From an uncultured Lachnospiraceae bacterium (GTDB lineage Bacteria; Bacillota; Clostridia; Lachnospirales; Lachnospiraceae), in contig CANOCU010000003.1 in the NCBI GenBank assembly GCA_947564645.1, forward strand, positions 3,934 to 67,933: DNA of 64,000 nucleotides, read 5' to 3'. The position numbers and the translations under genes were made by a program. Of the stretch, positions 10,635-18,995 are shown in pieces. The notes under the pieces are model-generated. The model saw only the letters and a program-made list of their open reading frames with translations. It ran no database searches and was not told where the DNA came from. Position 1 is the first letter of the stretch. Each line of letters starts with the position of its first letter.

Positions 10635-11879
10635 CTACCGCTTCCGAAACCGCATCTCACAGAAACTCCCTCCTTCCTCCCCGTTACCGAAGAAGATCTT
10701 CCCTCCGTGCGCCTGTACGATCTTGCAGACGATTCCCAGGCCCCGTATGTTCTGCGCCGGTCGTTTCCGCCGTCTTCCGTTCAGCCGGCGGAGCATTTCC
10801 CGGGAATAACCGATCCCGTTATCGGAAAAGGTAATGCAGCACCTATACTTCTCATCCCGCAGACTGAGTCTGATTGCCGCCGCGCCCGCCTGTTCGCTGT
10901 GACGCAGGCTGTTGTGAAAGAGATTGCGCAGCGCCCTCACAAGAAGTTTCCGGTCTGCCATCAGAACAATCTCTTCCGCCTGCCTGTCAATATCCATCTC
11001 AATCTCCAGTGTTCCCTCCTCCGCGTCGTCCAGAAAGCCTGCCGCCACTTCCCGCAGCACCGCCGCCGGGTGAACCTCCTCTTTTCCAAGCGCCTGCATG
11101 GAATATTCCAGCCTGGAAGTCAGATTCAGATCTTCCACCAGTTCTTTCATCACCAGACACTGATGCCTGATCACTGCCGCCTGCTGCCGTTCATCCTCCA
11201 TCAGCCTGTCACTGCTCTCCAGCGTGTCCGCATACCCAAGCGCAACGGAAAGCGGTGTGCGGATATCGTGGGAAATGCCGGCGATCCATTCTATCCGCGC
11301 GGCTTCCCTGCTTCTTAAAAAGCGTCTGGTAAAGACCACCGCCAGTGCCAGGATCCACAGGAAGTCAAACAACAGCAGCCAGTACCAGATCCGCTTACAG
11401 TATTCTATCCAGGATATCGGAAATTCTATGTTATATTTCCACATGGAATATCTGGGAGTACCGACCACCATGATCCTGTCGTCCCACACTCTCATATACA
11501 CCGGATAGTCTTCCAGATACCACTTGCTCATACGGGCAATCTCAGATCTGGTAAAAGAATCCCTGATCTCTGCCGGTTTCTCATAAGACCAGATCACCTC
11601 GCCCTCTTCGTTAAGGAGCATGGCCCACTGCCCCAGCTCATCCAGTCTTTCCTGCATCGCCTCATGCAGCACATAATCCTGGCCGGTCTGCGTCAATGCC
11701 CCCATCACTTCCTCGCCTGTAATGTATTCCGGCATATACTGATGATACCGCAGTGCAAGCAGAAAGAAAAGAACAAGATTGACCGCCAGCGTCAGCCAGG
11801 CAATCATTACAAACGTAAATACACTGTAGGAAAGCATACGAAGATTGACCGGTCTCAACCGCAAAGCTGATTTTTTCAT
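10635..11879 (-). CDS. Sensor histidine kinase
   Basis: Two TM helices, H-box WIAGISHDIRTPL, N-box NLFHNSLRH, DNGIG, GLGIV. Start refined to MKKSAL (11879). Confidence 0.9.
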   Translation of the reverse strand: MKKSALRLRPVNLRMLSYSVFTFVMIAWLTLAVNLVLFFLLALRYHQYMPEYITGEEVMGALTQTGQDYVLHEAMQERLDELGQWAMLLNEEGEVIWSYEKPAEIRDSFTRSEIARMSKWYLEDYPVYMRVWDDRIMVVGTPRYSMWKYNIEFPISWIEYCKRIWYWLLLFDFLWILALAVVFTRRFLRSREAARIEWIAGISHDIRTPLSVALGYADTLESSDRLMEDERQQAAVIRHQCLVMKELVEDLNLTSRLEYSMQALGKEEVHPAAVLREVAAGFLDDAEEGTLEIEMDIDRQAEEIVLMADRKLLVRALRNLFHNSLRHSEQAGAAAIRLSLRDEKYRCCITFSDNGIGYSREMLRRLNGRRRKRPAQNIRGLGIVCKIVQAHGGKIFFGNGEEGGSFCEMRFRKR

Positions 11880-11980
11880 CCTTTCTCCCCCATTCCGAAG
11901 CATCACAGATTTCTGGTCGTCTCTTTACAGATCATTCGTCACTATTCACAGCTTCCGGCTGCTCATCGTAACAATCATTT

Positions 11981-12787
11981 TCATACCAGCTTATATCCCA
12001 GCCCGCGCACGGTCAGTAAGTGCCTCGGGTGGGAAGCGTCCTGTTCCAGCTTCTCCCGCAGCCGTCTGATATGCACGATCAGGGTATTCTCATACCCGTA
12101 GTTGCCATCTTTCCATACTGCCTCGCACAGCGCATCGATAGTCACGATCTGGCCCCTGTTGGCTGCCAGCTTCTCCACGATGGCGTACTCCTTGGCAGTC
12201 AGTGTTACTTCCGCTTCCTGTAAAGAATCCGGCTCATCCCTGTCCGTTCCGGCCTGCATACCGGTTATCTGTACCTGCTCTTCTTCGGTTGCGGTCTGCC
12301 GCTGCGAAGCCCCTGGCCCGCCAGCCTGCCTGCGGATCACGCCGCTTCGCAGGTCGATCTGGCAGTCGCCAAGTGCGATCACTTTTTTATCTCCCTGATC
12401 CTCCTTAACCCGGTAAACCCGTTTCATCACTGCTGCAATCCGCAGCGCCAGTTCCCGCGGCAGAAAGGGTTTCGTCACATAGTCGTCCGCACCCAGTCCC
12501 AATCCCCGCAGCCTGTTCTCGTCCTCATCCCTGGCAGACAGGAAGATCACCGGCACTTCCGACTCCGCATGCAGTTCCTGCAGCAGCAGAAATCCGTCCC
12601 CGTCCGGCAACATCACATCCATCAGGATCAGATGCGGATGCTCCCGTCCAAATACCATTCTTGCTTCCCGGCAGCTGCCCGCCGTCACTACCTGTGCGAA
12701 TCCTTCTTTCTTCAGGAAACCGACCACCATTCTCCGCAGCGCCGGTTCGTCGTCCACGATCATGATCTTATGTTCATACAGATTCAT
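11981..12787 (-). CDS. OmpR-family response regulator with an approximately 35-aa insertion
   Basis: VDDE, LMDVMLPDGDG, GADDYVTKPF, and a wHTH ending VHIRRLREKL...TVRGLGYK. Confidence 0.92.
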   Translation of the reverse strand: MNLYEHKIMIVDDEPALRRMVVGFLKKEGFAQVVTAGSCREARMVFGREHPHLILMDVMLPDGDGFLLLQELHAESEVPVIFLSARDEDENRLRGLGLGADDYVTKPFLPRELALRIAAVMKRVYRVKEDQGDKKVIALGDCQIDLRSGVIRRQAGGPGASQRQTATEEEQVQITGMQAGTDRDEPDSLQEAEVTLTAKEYAIVEKLAANRGQIVTIDALCEAVWKDGNYGYENTLIVHIRRLREKLEQDASHPRHLLTVRGLGYKLV

Positions 12788-12893
12788 ATTTTACACCCCA
12801 ATAAAGAGTTCGGAAATTTATTTCCACACTTACCTCTACGTGCATCATAATTATACACTCTTTTTTCTCTCTTCGAAACAGCGCCCGCACAAT

Positions 12894-12948
12894 CTTAATG
12901 TAAATGTAAGGTAGTCTTCATCGACGTGTAAGGCGCCTTGTCTATGCT
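12894..12948 (+). promoter_or_regulatory. Putative response-regulator binding site and -10 box of the lanFEG-like operon
   Basis: TGTAAGG direct repeat at 12905 and 12927 (22-bp period), imperfect CTTAAT..TGTAAG inverted repeat, TATGCT at 12943-48, no good -35. Confidence 0.5.
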
Positions 12949-13006
12949 CACTTTATGGTATCGGAAATTTCAGTGCCGATCTAAATCCGCAAAAAGGAGA
13001 CGTTCT

Positions 13007-13927
13007 ATGAAAACACAGAATCTGATCGAAACAAAAAATCTTACCAAACAATATGGCGGTGTCCGCTGTGTCGATTCCCTGCACATGCAGGTGCCGCAGG
13101 GCGCCATCTACGGCTTCCTGGGGCCAAACGGCGCCGGTAAGTCCACCACCTTGAAGATGATCCTCGGACTGGCGAGGCCGACCGACGGCTCCATTACGCT
13201 CTTCGGCACGTCTGTGAATACGCGAAACCGCATCCGCCTTTTGTCCATGACCGGCTCTCTGATCGAATCGCCCAGCTATTACGGCCATCTGACCGGCGAG
13301 GAGAACCTGCACATCCTGCAGACGCTGAAGGGCTGCCCGGAAGCGGACATCGATAAAGTGCTGAAGATCGTCCGACTGGAAGAGGCCCGAAGGAAGAAGG
13401 TCAATCATTATTCCCTCGGCATGAAGCAGCGTCTCGGTCTGGCCTCGGCGCTTCTCGGCTTTCCCAAACTGCTGATCCTGGACGAACCCACCAACGGCCT
13501 GGATCCGTCCGGCATTCAGGAGATGCGGGAACTGATCTGCTCACTGCCCTCCGAATACGGCATCACCGTGGTGGTCTCCTCCCATCTGCTTGGCGAGATC
13601 GACCAGATGGCCGACCATGTGGGTATTATCCGCAAGGGGCAGATGGTTTTCCAGGATACACTGGAGGCACTGCACGCTCACGCCAGACAGCAGATTGCCC
13701 TGCGCACCGGACGCCCGACCGATACGCTGTCGCTGCTTCGCCGCAACGGACTGGAAGCGGCAAAGGAAGACGATTATCTGTTGATGCCCATGATCGATGA
13801 TGAGCGCACCGCTGCCCTCTGCCGACAGATCTGCGAACAGAACATTCCGCTTTATCGCATTGAAAAGAGAGAGAAGAGTCTGGAAGATATCTTCCTGTCA
13901 CTGACCGGAAAGGAGACGAGTCTATGA
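13007..13927 (+). CDS. Lantibiotic-immunity-type ABC ATPase (LanF/CprA-like)
   Basis: GPNGAGKST, YSLGMKQRLG signature, ILDEPTNGLDPSGIQEMR. Start refined after an AAGGAGA RBS. Confidence 0.85.
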   Translation: MKTQNLIETKNLTKQYGGVRCVDSLHMQVPQGAIYGFLGPNGAGKSTTLKMILGLARPTDGSITLFGTSVNTRNRIRLLSMTGSLIESPSYYGHLTGEENLHILQTLKGCPEADIDKVLKIVRLEEARRKKVNHYSLGMKQRLGLASALLGFPKLLILDEPTNGLDPSGIQEMRELICSLPSEYGITVVVSSHLLGEIDQMADHVGIIRKGQMVFQDTLEALHAHARQQIALRTGRPTDTLSLLRRNGLEAAKEDDYLLMPMIDDERTAALCRQICEQNIPLYRIEKREKSLEDIFLSLTGKETSL

Positions 13928-14676
13928 GAACACTGCAGTTGGAATTCTATAAGATCAGAAGAAGGAAGGTCGGCCTGACAATGGCGGCTTTTCTGGCCGC
14001 GCAATTTCTATGGGGACTGTGGGCATTTCATGATCCCACGCCGTCGGAGCAGGCCCAGGGGTTCCTGTCTCTGCTCTACTCTATTCCCATACTGGATGCG
14101 GTCATGGTTCCGCCCGTTATGGCCATGCTGGCTTCCCGGCTTGCCGACATCGAGCACAAAGGCTGTATGTACAAACAACTGGAAACCCTGCGAAAACCCG
14201 GCAGTCTCTATCACGCCAAAGCAGTCTGTGGTCTGCTCATCATCGCCGTCACGTTTGCCGCGCAGTACGCCCTTTTTATCCTGCTTGGGTACGCGATCGG
14301 CTATCAGGGCAGTCCGGATATCACATATTATCTGCTGTCCTACGGCCTGAAACTGGCCAGCAACAGCGCCCTCTTCCTGATGCAGCTGGCGCTCTCCATG
14401 CTGTTTGCCAACCAGATGATCCCTCTGGTGACAGGCCTGTGCGGTTCCCTGCTGGGGCTCCTGCTGATGTTTGTCAAGATGTACTCTTTTCTCCCCTGGG
14501 GCGGTAATCTCAACTCTGCATTGGTCATGATGGATTGGGATGCCAGGACCAGACAGGCGACTTATTATTACCGCGAATATTCCCCGGTAGAACTGGCCGC
14601 TGTCGGCATGATCTTCGTATGGTTTGTGCTTTTCTATGCGGCGGGACGGGTACTGTTCACCCGCCGGGAGAATTGA
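13924..14676 (+). CDS. Lantibiotic-immunity-type ABC permease (LanE-like)
   Basis: LEFYKIRR start, about 6 TM, ASRLADIEHKG, FLPWG; overlaps the stop of the ATPase gene. Confidence 0.75.
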   Translation: MRTLQLEFYKIRRRKVGLTMAAFLAAQFLWGLWAFHDPTPSEQAQGFLSLLYSIPILDAVMVPPVMAMLASRLADIEHKGCMYKQLETLRKPGSLYHAKAVCGLLIIAVTFAAQYALFILLGYAIGYQGSPDITYYLLSYGLKLASNSALFLMQLALSMLFANQMIPLVTGLCGSLLGLLLMFVKMYSFLPWGGNLNSALVMMDWDARTRQATYYYREYSPVELAAVGMIFVWFVLFYAAGRVLFTRREN

Positions 14677-14795
14677 GCCGTGCCAGGTCATTTTCCATAA
14701 CATGATAAAATATAAAAATGTGCATAACCGCAGTCAAATACCCCAAATCGATCTGCAAAACAACAATCAGATTCAAACGAAAGGAAGTCGAAACT

Positions 14796-15524
14796 ATGCA
14801 TTCATCCTTAATTCGAACCATCAAAGCCGAAGGCCTGAAACTAAAGCGAAGCCCCGTGTGGCTGACCTTCCTTATCCTGCCCCTTATATCTGCCTTCTTC
14901 GGCACCGGCAATTACCTGGGGAATCAGGGAATCCTGCAAAACGAGTGGTTCAGCCTCTGGTCACAGCATTCCCTGTTTCTGTGCTTTTTCTTTATGCCTG
15001 CGCTGATCGGCACCGTCTGTTCCTACCTCTGGCGTCTGGAACACCTGCGGACCAACTGGAACGCCTTTCTGACCGCACCGGTGCCGCTGCTCTGCCTTTA
15101 TCTCGGCAAGCTCTTCCAGGCGGTAAAAGTCGTTATTCTGGGAAATATCTGGATCTTTATCCTGTATTTTCTGTGTGGAAAGCTGTGCCGTCTGGAGACG
15201 GACTTTCCGCCCCAGGCTCCAGAATGGTTTCTCTGCGGCATCCTGGGCGGCATCGTGATCTGCTGTCTGCAGCTTGCCCTCTCCATGGTGATCCGCTCCT
15301 TCGCGGTTCCCATCGGCATCGGCCTGGTAGGCGGCATCGGCGGTATGCTGATCGTCAACAAAGGAGCCGGGCTATTCTATCCTTACTCCTTATACAGCGT
15401 GGGAATGCGCGCCAATAATCCGCAGATGACGATTGACCTTAAGCTCTTTGCGGTTTCCTGCGTCTGCTATGCGGTGCTGTTCTGCGGCCTGTCTGTAATA
15501 GGGTTGCGGCGGCATGAGCAGTGA
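14796..15524 (+). CDS. Lantibiotic-immunity-type ABC permease (LanG-like)
   Basis: IKAEGLKLKRS, WRLEHLRTNW, about 6 TM, FYPYS. Start refined to MHSSL. Confidence 0.75.
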   Translation: MHSSLIRTIKAEGLKLKRSPVWLTFLILPLISAFFGTGNYLGNQGILQNEWFSLWSQHSLFLCFFFMPALIGTVCSYLWRLEHLRTNWNAFLTAPVPLLCLYLGKLFQAVKVVILGNIWIFILYFLCGKLCRLETDFPPQAPEWFLCGILGGIVICCLQLALSMVIRSFAVPIGIGLVGGIGGMLIVNKGAGLFYPYSLYSVGMRANNPQMTIDLKLFAVSCVCYAVLFCGLSVIGLRRHEQ

Positions 15525-15553
15525 CGAATCCTCTAAGCATATTTTACGGTAAC

Positions 15554-15600
15554 CTAAAAGAAAGCAGTCAATATGAAAGTTACTGGCCGCTTTCTTTTAG
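15554..15600. terminator. Bidirectional terminator-like inverted repeat
   Basis: CTAAAAGAAAGC...GCTTTCTTTTAG 12-bp arms between convergent genes. Confidence 0.65.
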
Positions 15601-15609
15601 GTACTAATC

Positions 15610-16287
15610 TTATGTACTGATATACGCATATAGTTCCGGATAAGTCTCTTTGTGATCCCTGATCAACCACCTCTTAAACGCTGCAAATGGCGAACTGTCT
15701 TGTAGACACTGCTTTATGAGACACCTGAAGTCCTCTTTTTCTTCCTTCTCAGCTTCCTGATACTCCCGAACATACTCTTTAAATTCAGCAAGTTCTTTTC
15801 TCAAAAGCCTCCGTAATATTGTGGCCTCCATTTTTTTCTGCGGCGTTGATCCATAATAAACTTCCTGCAGAAGTTTAACCGTATTTTGTGTTGCTGCCTC
15901 AAAATCCAGCATATCAAACGCTAATTCTTCATCCGATCCAAAATATCCTTTTTTTTGAAAAGCAATCTTCTCCTCGACATTCTCCTGCGTACAGTCAATA
16001 ATCGGCTCGTATTTATCAAGTTTCGTATTGTTGCAATGTCCACAGGCAAGAAAAAGATTGTTCCAGTCATACTTTAGTTCTGCATTCCCTCGATGTGGAA
16101 TTAAGTGCTCGATCTGATATAAAGTGATCTGTTTATTTTCACAAAGATAACATTTTCCATAGAACATCTCTCTTAATGCAGCATTTACTTCCGGTGTATT
16201 ATAGGATTGATGCCTTTCTCTTGCCTTTTGCAGTGAATCGATTGCTTTTTGTGATTTTTCCGTAGTTCTCCGAGTGATTTTTATCAT
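15610..16287 (-). CDS. HNH endonuclease, PtuB/Septu-like
   Basis: KCYLCE...QIEHLIP...DWNNLFLACGHCNNTK; overlaps the stop of the upstream ATPase by 4 bp. Confidence 0.8.
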   Translation of the reverse strand: MIKITRRTTEKSQKAIDSLQKARERHQSYNTPEVNAALREMFYGKCYLCENKQITLYQIEHLIPHRGNAELKYDWNNLFLACGHCNNTKLDKYEPIIDCTQENVEEKIAFQKKGYFGSDEELAFDMLDFEAATQNTVKLLQEVYYGSTPQKKMEATILRRLLRKELAEFKEYVREYQEAEKEEKEDFRCLIKQCLQDSSPFAAFKRWLIRDHKETYPELYAYIST

Positions 16288-17524
16288 AAAGGCTTTCCTT
16301 CTATGTCATGAAACTTATCGGCTGCCTCCTGCGCCAACCCCTGCGGGATACTCCGCAATTCGCTCCGGAGCTTCGCTCTCTCTGCACGCTCCCGTTCCGT
16401 CAGATCTTTTCTCTCCTTTAATACCTGATACCGGTCAATCTTGTCCTTCAATTCATCCGAATAATCATCTGCTCCAAAATACTCTTCCGCAAGCCCCTCT
16501 GATGAATACAGTGATAAATTCTCCAGTTCAATACACCGCTCTAAATCAAACACCTTCGCATTGGAAATAGAATTCAGGATATACGGTGAATGGGTCGTAA
16601 CAATAAACTGAATCCGCGGGAAAAATTTAGTCAAAAAAGGCATGATCTTCTTCTGCAGTTCAATATGCAGATGTGTTTCCACTTCATCGATCAGCGCAAT
16701 ACCTTCTATATCATATTGGCTGAGCCTGTCTCCCAAAAGCCAGTTCCTGTCCATCCTCAAGATCAGATCCGACACAATATGAATCACAGACGAATATCCG
16801 TCTGAAAGTTCATCAAAGCCAAACGGCAGCCTGCCGGATTCATGGATCTTAAAATCATATTCTTTATAATCATATTCAAGGGTTACTGTGTCGTCATCCA
16901 ATAAGATACGCAGCGCATCCACAAATCGGTCAAACCATGCCTGAATCCTGTCTACGATCACTGTATCGCCTTCGTTGCGCGCATACGCCTGTTGTGTTTT
17001 GAGATGTACCATATATCTATGCAGGGATTCCCCGGGATCGGAATCAACTTCATAAACATCGTTCAGTTTGACATCCTCCGCTCCCTTTGAACGGGTAATC
17101 TGTGTTTTTCTGTTCGCTGCAAAATAAGCTGTTATAAAGTCACCATGCTTATACATATATTCCAGTTCCGCATAGTTACTGAAGGAAACCTGTATACCAT
17201 TTGCGTAGGCTCTCACATACAGCATCAAATTCTCATACTGCTGCTCAAGTTGTGCTCTTTTTTCTATTGTACATTCACAACTTAATCTCTTTTCTACTTT
17301 CCGCAATGTGGGAATTTTCTCTTCCACCAAAGTCTTGAAATGTCCATCATTTATAGCCCGCAGCCAATTACGTAACCCAAAAAGCAAAGACGTCTTCCCA
17401 GACCCATTCTTACCCGTAATGATCAAATGCTGCCTCGTATCGGGATTCAGTGAAATCGTGAAATCGTGATATCAGATAAATGTCTTAATTGTTGAATAGC
17501 AATCTCCGTAATATAATGTTCCAT
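16284..17524 (-). pseudogene. PtuA/Septu-like ABC-type AAA ATPase frameshifted by an 8-bp duplication near the 5' end
   Basis: Walker A GKNGSGKT, LSDGY signature, IDEVETHLH, FIVTTHSP. Likely true start is ATG 17524 (GAGG RBS). Removing one GTGAAATC copy joins MEHYITEIAIQQLRHLSDITISLNPDTRQH in frame to the 380-aa ORF, giving 410 aa. Confidence 0.85.
17450..17473. repeat. 8-bp tandem repeat GTGAAATC x2 + GTGATATC
   Basis: Read directly; it causes the ptuA-like frameshift. Confidence 0.95.
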
Positions 17525-17554
17525 TCTTACCTCTTCCCGAAATCCTTTGCACTT

Positions 17555-17583
17555 ATTGTATGCTACATTACATTGAGATACAA
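17555..17583 (-). promoter_or_regulatory. Putative sigma-A promoter of the Septu-like operon
   Basis: TTGTAT-17 bp-TACAAT, 30 bp upstream of ATG 17524. Confidence 0.6.
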
Positions 17584-17587
17584 GCCT

Positions 17588-17818
17588 TTATTTCTGCCGG
17601 TCCAACAGTTCCCGAAGCGCCTCGTCTCCGATACTCACCCAGGCGTCCTCCTCCTCGGCGTTCAGACCCAGATACTCCCGGAGCGTCACCGGCTCGTCGC
17701 TAAAACCCCACTCCTGGCTGTAATCGTCAATCTCCTCGAATGCGACCTCTCCTGCCAAATACTTCTCCTTAAACTTCTTCTCCATAAATCGCTTCCATCC
17801 CTTCCCGCAGATCTGCAT
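17588..17818 (-). CDS. Small acidic hypothetical protein
   Basis: 76-aa ORF coupled to the panE stop (TAATG overlap); protein-like composition. Confidence 0.65.
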   Translation of the reverse strand: MQICGKGWKRFMEKKFKEKYLAGEVAFEEIDDYSQEWGFSDEPVTLREYLGLNAEEEDAWVSIGDEALRELLDRQK

Positions 17819-18747
17819 TAACGCAATCCATCCGCCTGCGCCTTCTTCGCTATCATCTCATAGGTCGGGACCGGCACACCGTACCGCTGTCCCATCCGCA
17901 CCACCTCATAGATCAGGCCGTCAATCTCCGATCGCTTACCCGCATAGACATCCCGCTGCATGGAAGTACTCGCTTCGGGGTTGAGTGTATCAAGGATCCG
18001 CAGGTTCGTTGCCACAATATCCACCAGAAACGGTACATCCATGGCCACTGCCAACGCGTCGATCTCCCTCATCAGCTTCACAAACGTATCCCGGGGATCC
18101 CCGGTCTTCTGCACCGCTCCGGCCGACACATGATAGTACAGGCCGCAGGCCGCCATCGGCGACACATATGCGAATTTCTGCAGTGCATCCCGCCTGATGT
18201 TGTCCGAGAGCACACCGTCAATACCGCTTTCCTTCAGATCCTGCGCCACCGTAAACAACTCCGGCCGAAGTTCCTCCGGCTTCCTCACCCCGTATACGAT
18301 ACGGAAGATATCGCCCCGCAGCAGGATCGTTCCCGGCTCTTTGATCTCCCCCGCTATATAGATACAGCCATCCGTCACCAGCAGCCCGGGCAGCTGTTCC
18401 TGCATCCGGCCGCCCGTCCCATAAATATTCAGGATCGGGATCACGATCGTATCCGGCCCTGCGATCCGTCTGATAAAGGGAATCGTATCCTCCAGTGAAT
18501 AGCCCTTCACACAGACAAAAATAATGTCCGGCGTCTCCGCATAATGCTCCATATCCGCCGCCTTAACCGGCTGCACCGTATCCTTTCCTTTAGTCGGCGT
18601 CTCCATCCGCAGCCCATGCGCCTGCATCTGCTTAAGATGCTCGCCGCGCGCGATCAGCGTCACATCCTTGCCCGCCTTTGTCATATAAGCGCCGATACTG
18701 CCGCCCGTACCTCCTGCCCCGATTACCAGATATTTTAATTGCTTCAT
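17818..18747 (-). CDS. panE: 2-dehydropantoate 2-reductase
   Basis: IGAGGTGG Rossmann motif, FVCVKGY, ILN, STSMQRD, EIDGLIY. Confidence 0.88.
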   Translation of the reverse strand: MKQLKYLVIGAGGTGGSIGAYMTKAGKDVTLIARGEHLKQMQAHGLRMETPTKGKDTVQPVKAADMEHYAETPDIIFVCVKGYSLEDTIPFIRRIAGPDTIVIPILNIYGTGGRMQEQLPGLLVTDGCIYIAGEIKEPGTILLRGDIFRIVYGVRKPEELRPELFTVAQDLKESGIDGVLSDNIRRDALQKFAYVSPMAACGLYYHVSAGAVQKTGDPRDTFVKLMREIDALAVAMDVPFLVDIVATNLRILDTLNPEASTSMQRDVYAGKRSEIDGLIYEVVRMGQRYGVPVPTYEMIAKKAQADGLR

Positions 18748-18903
18748 ATGTTTTCTTCTCCTGTCATTCCTCTCGCTTCACACACTTACGCAGGTTATTT
18801 CACTATTTTATCCTAACATACGATCCGTCACATTTCAAGAAACCGATCCGGATTCCCTCCTGGCCCAATTTACACCTTCTCACGGACATTGCCAAAGCAA
18901 AGT

Positions 18904-18950
18904 CTATTTGCAGCAAGTGTAAATCCCCGGCCTGAACTGCTGCAAAATAG
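18904..18950. terminator. Inverted repeat downstream of the ABC operon
   Basis: CTATTTGCAGCA...TGCTGCAAAATAG. Confidence 0.5.
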
Positions 18951-18959
18951 CACCGGCTG

Positions 18960-18993
18960 ATAGTAAACGACATTAGAAATTTCTTTTACTATA
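18960..18993 (+). repeat. 34-bp imperfect palindrome, copy 1
   Basis: ATAGTAAACGACATTAGAAATTTCTTTTACTATA; 31/34 identical to the reverse complement of 41374-41407. Confidence 0.85.
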
Positions 18994-18995
18994 AT

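Noticed and set aside
15949-15956. A8 homopolymer in the HNH gene as a phase-variation tract
   Set aside because: Short, in frame, encodes QKK, and common in AT-rich genes.
15610-17524. Possible retron (Ec78/Ec83-type) associated with the PtuAB pair
   Set aside because: No reverse transcriptase ORF (no YADD-like motif) and no room for msr-msd; only about 60 bp separates the ATPase start from the upstream gene.
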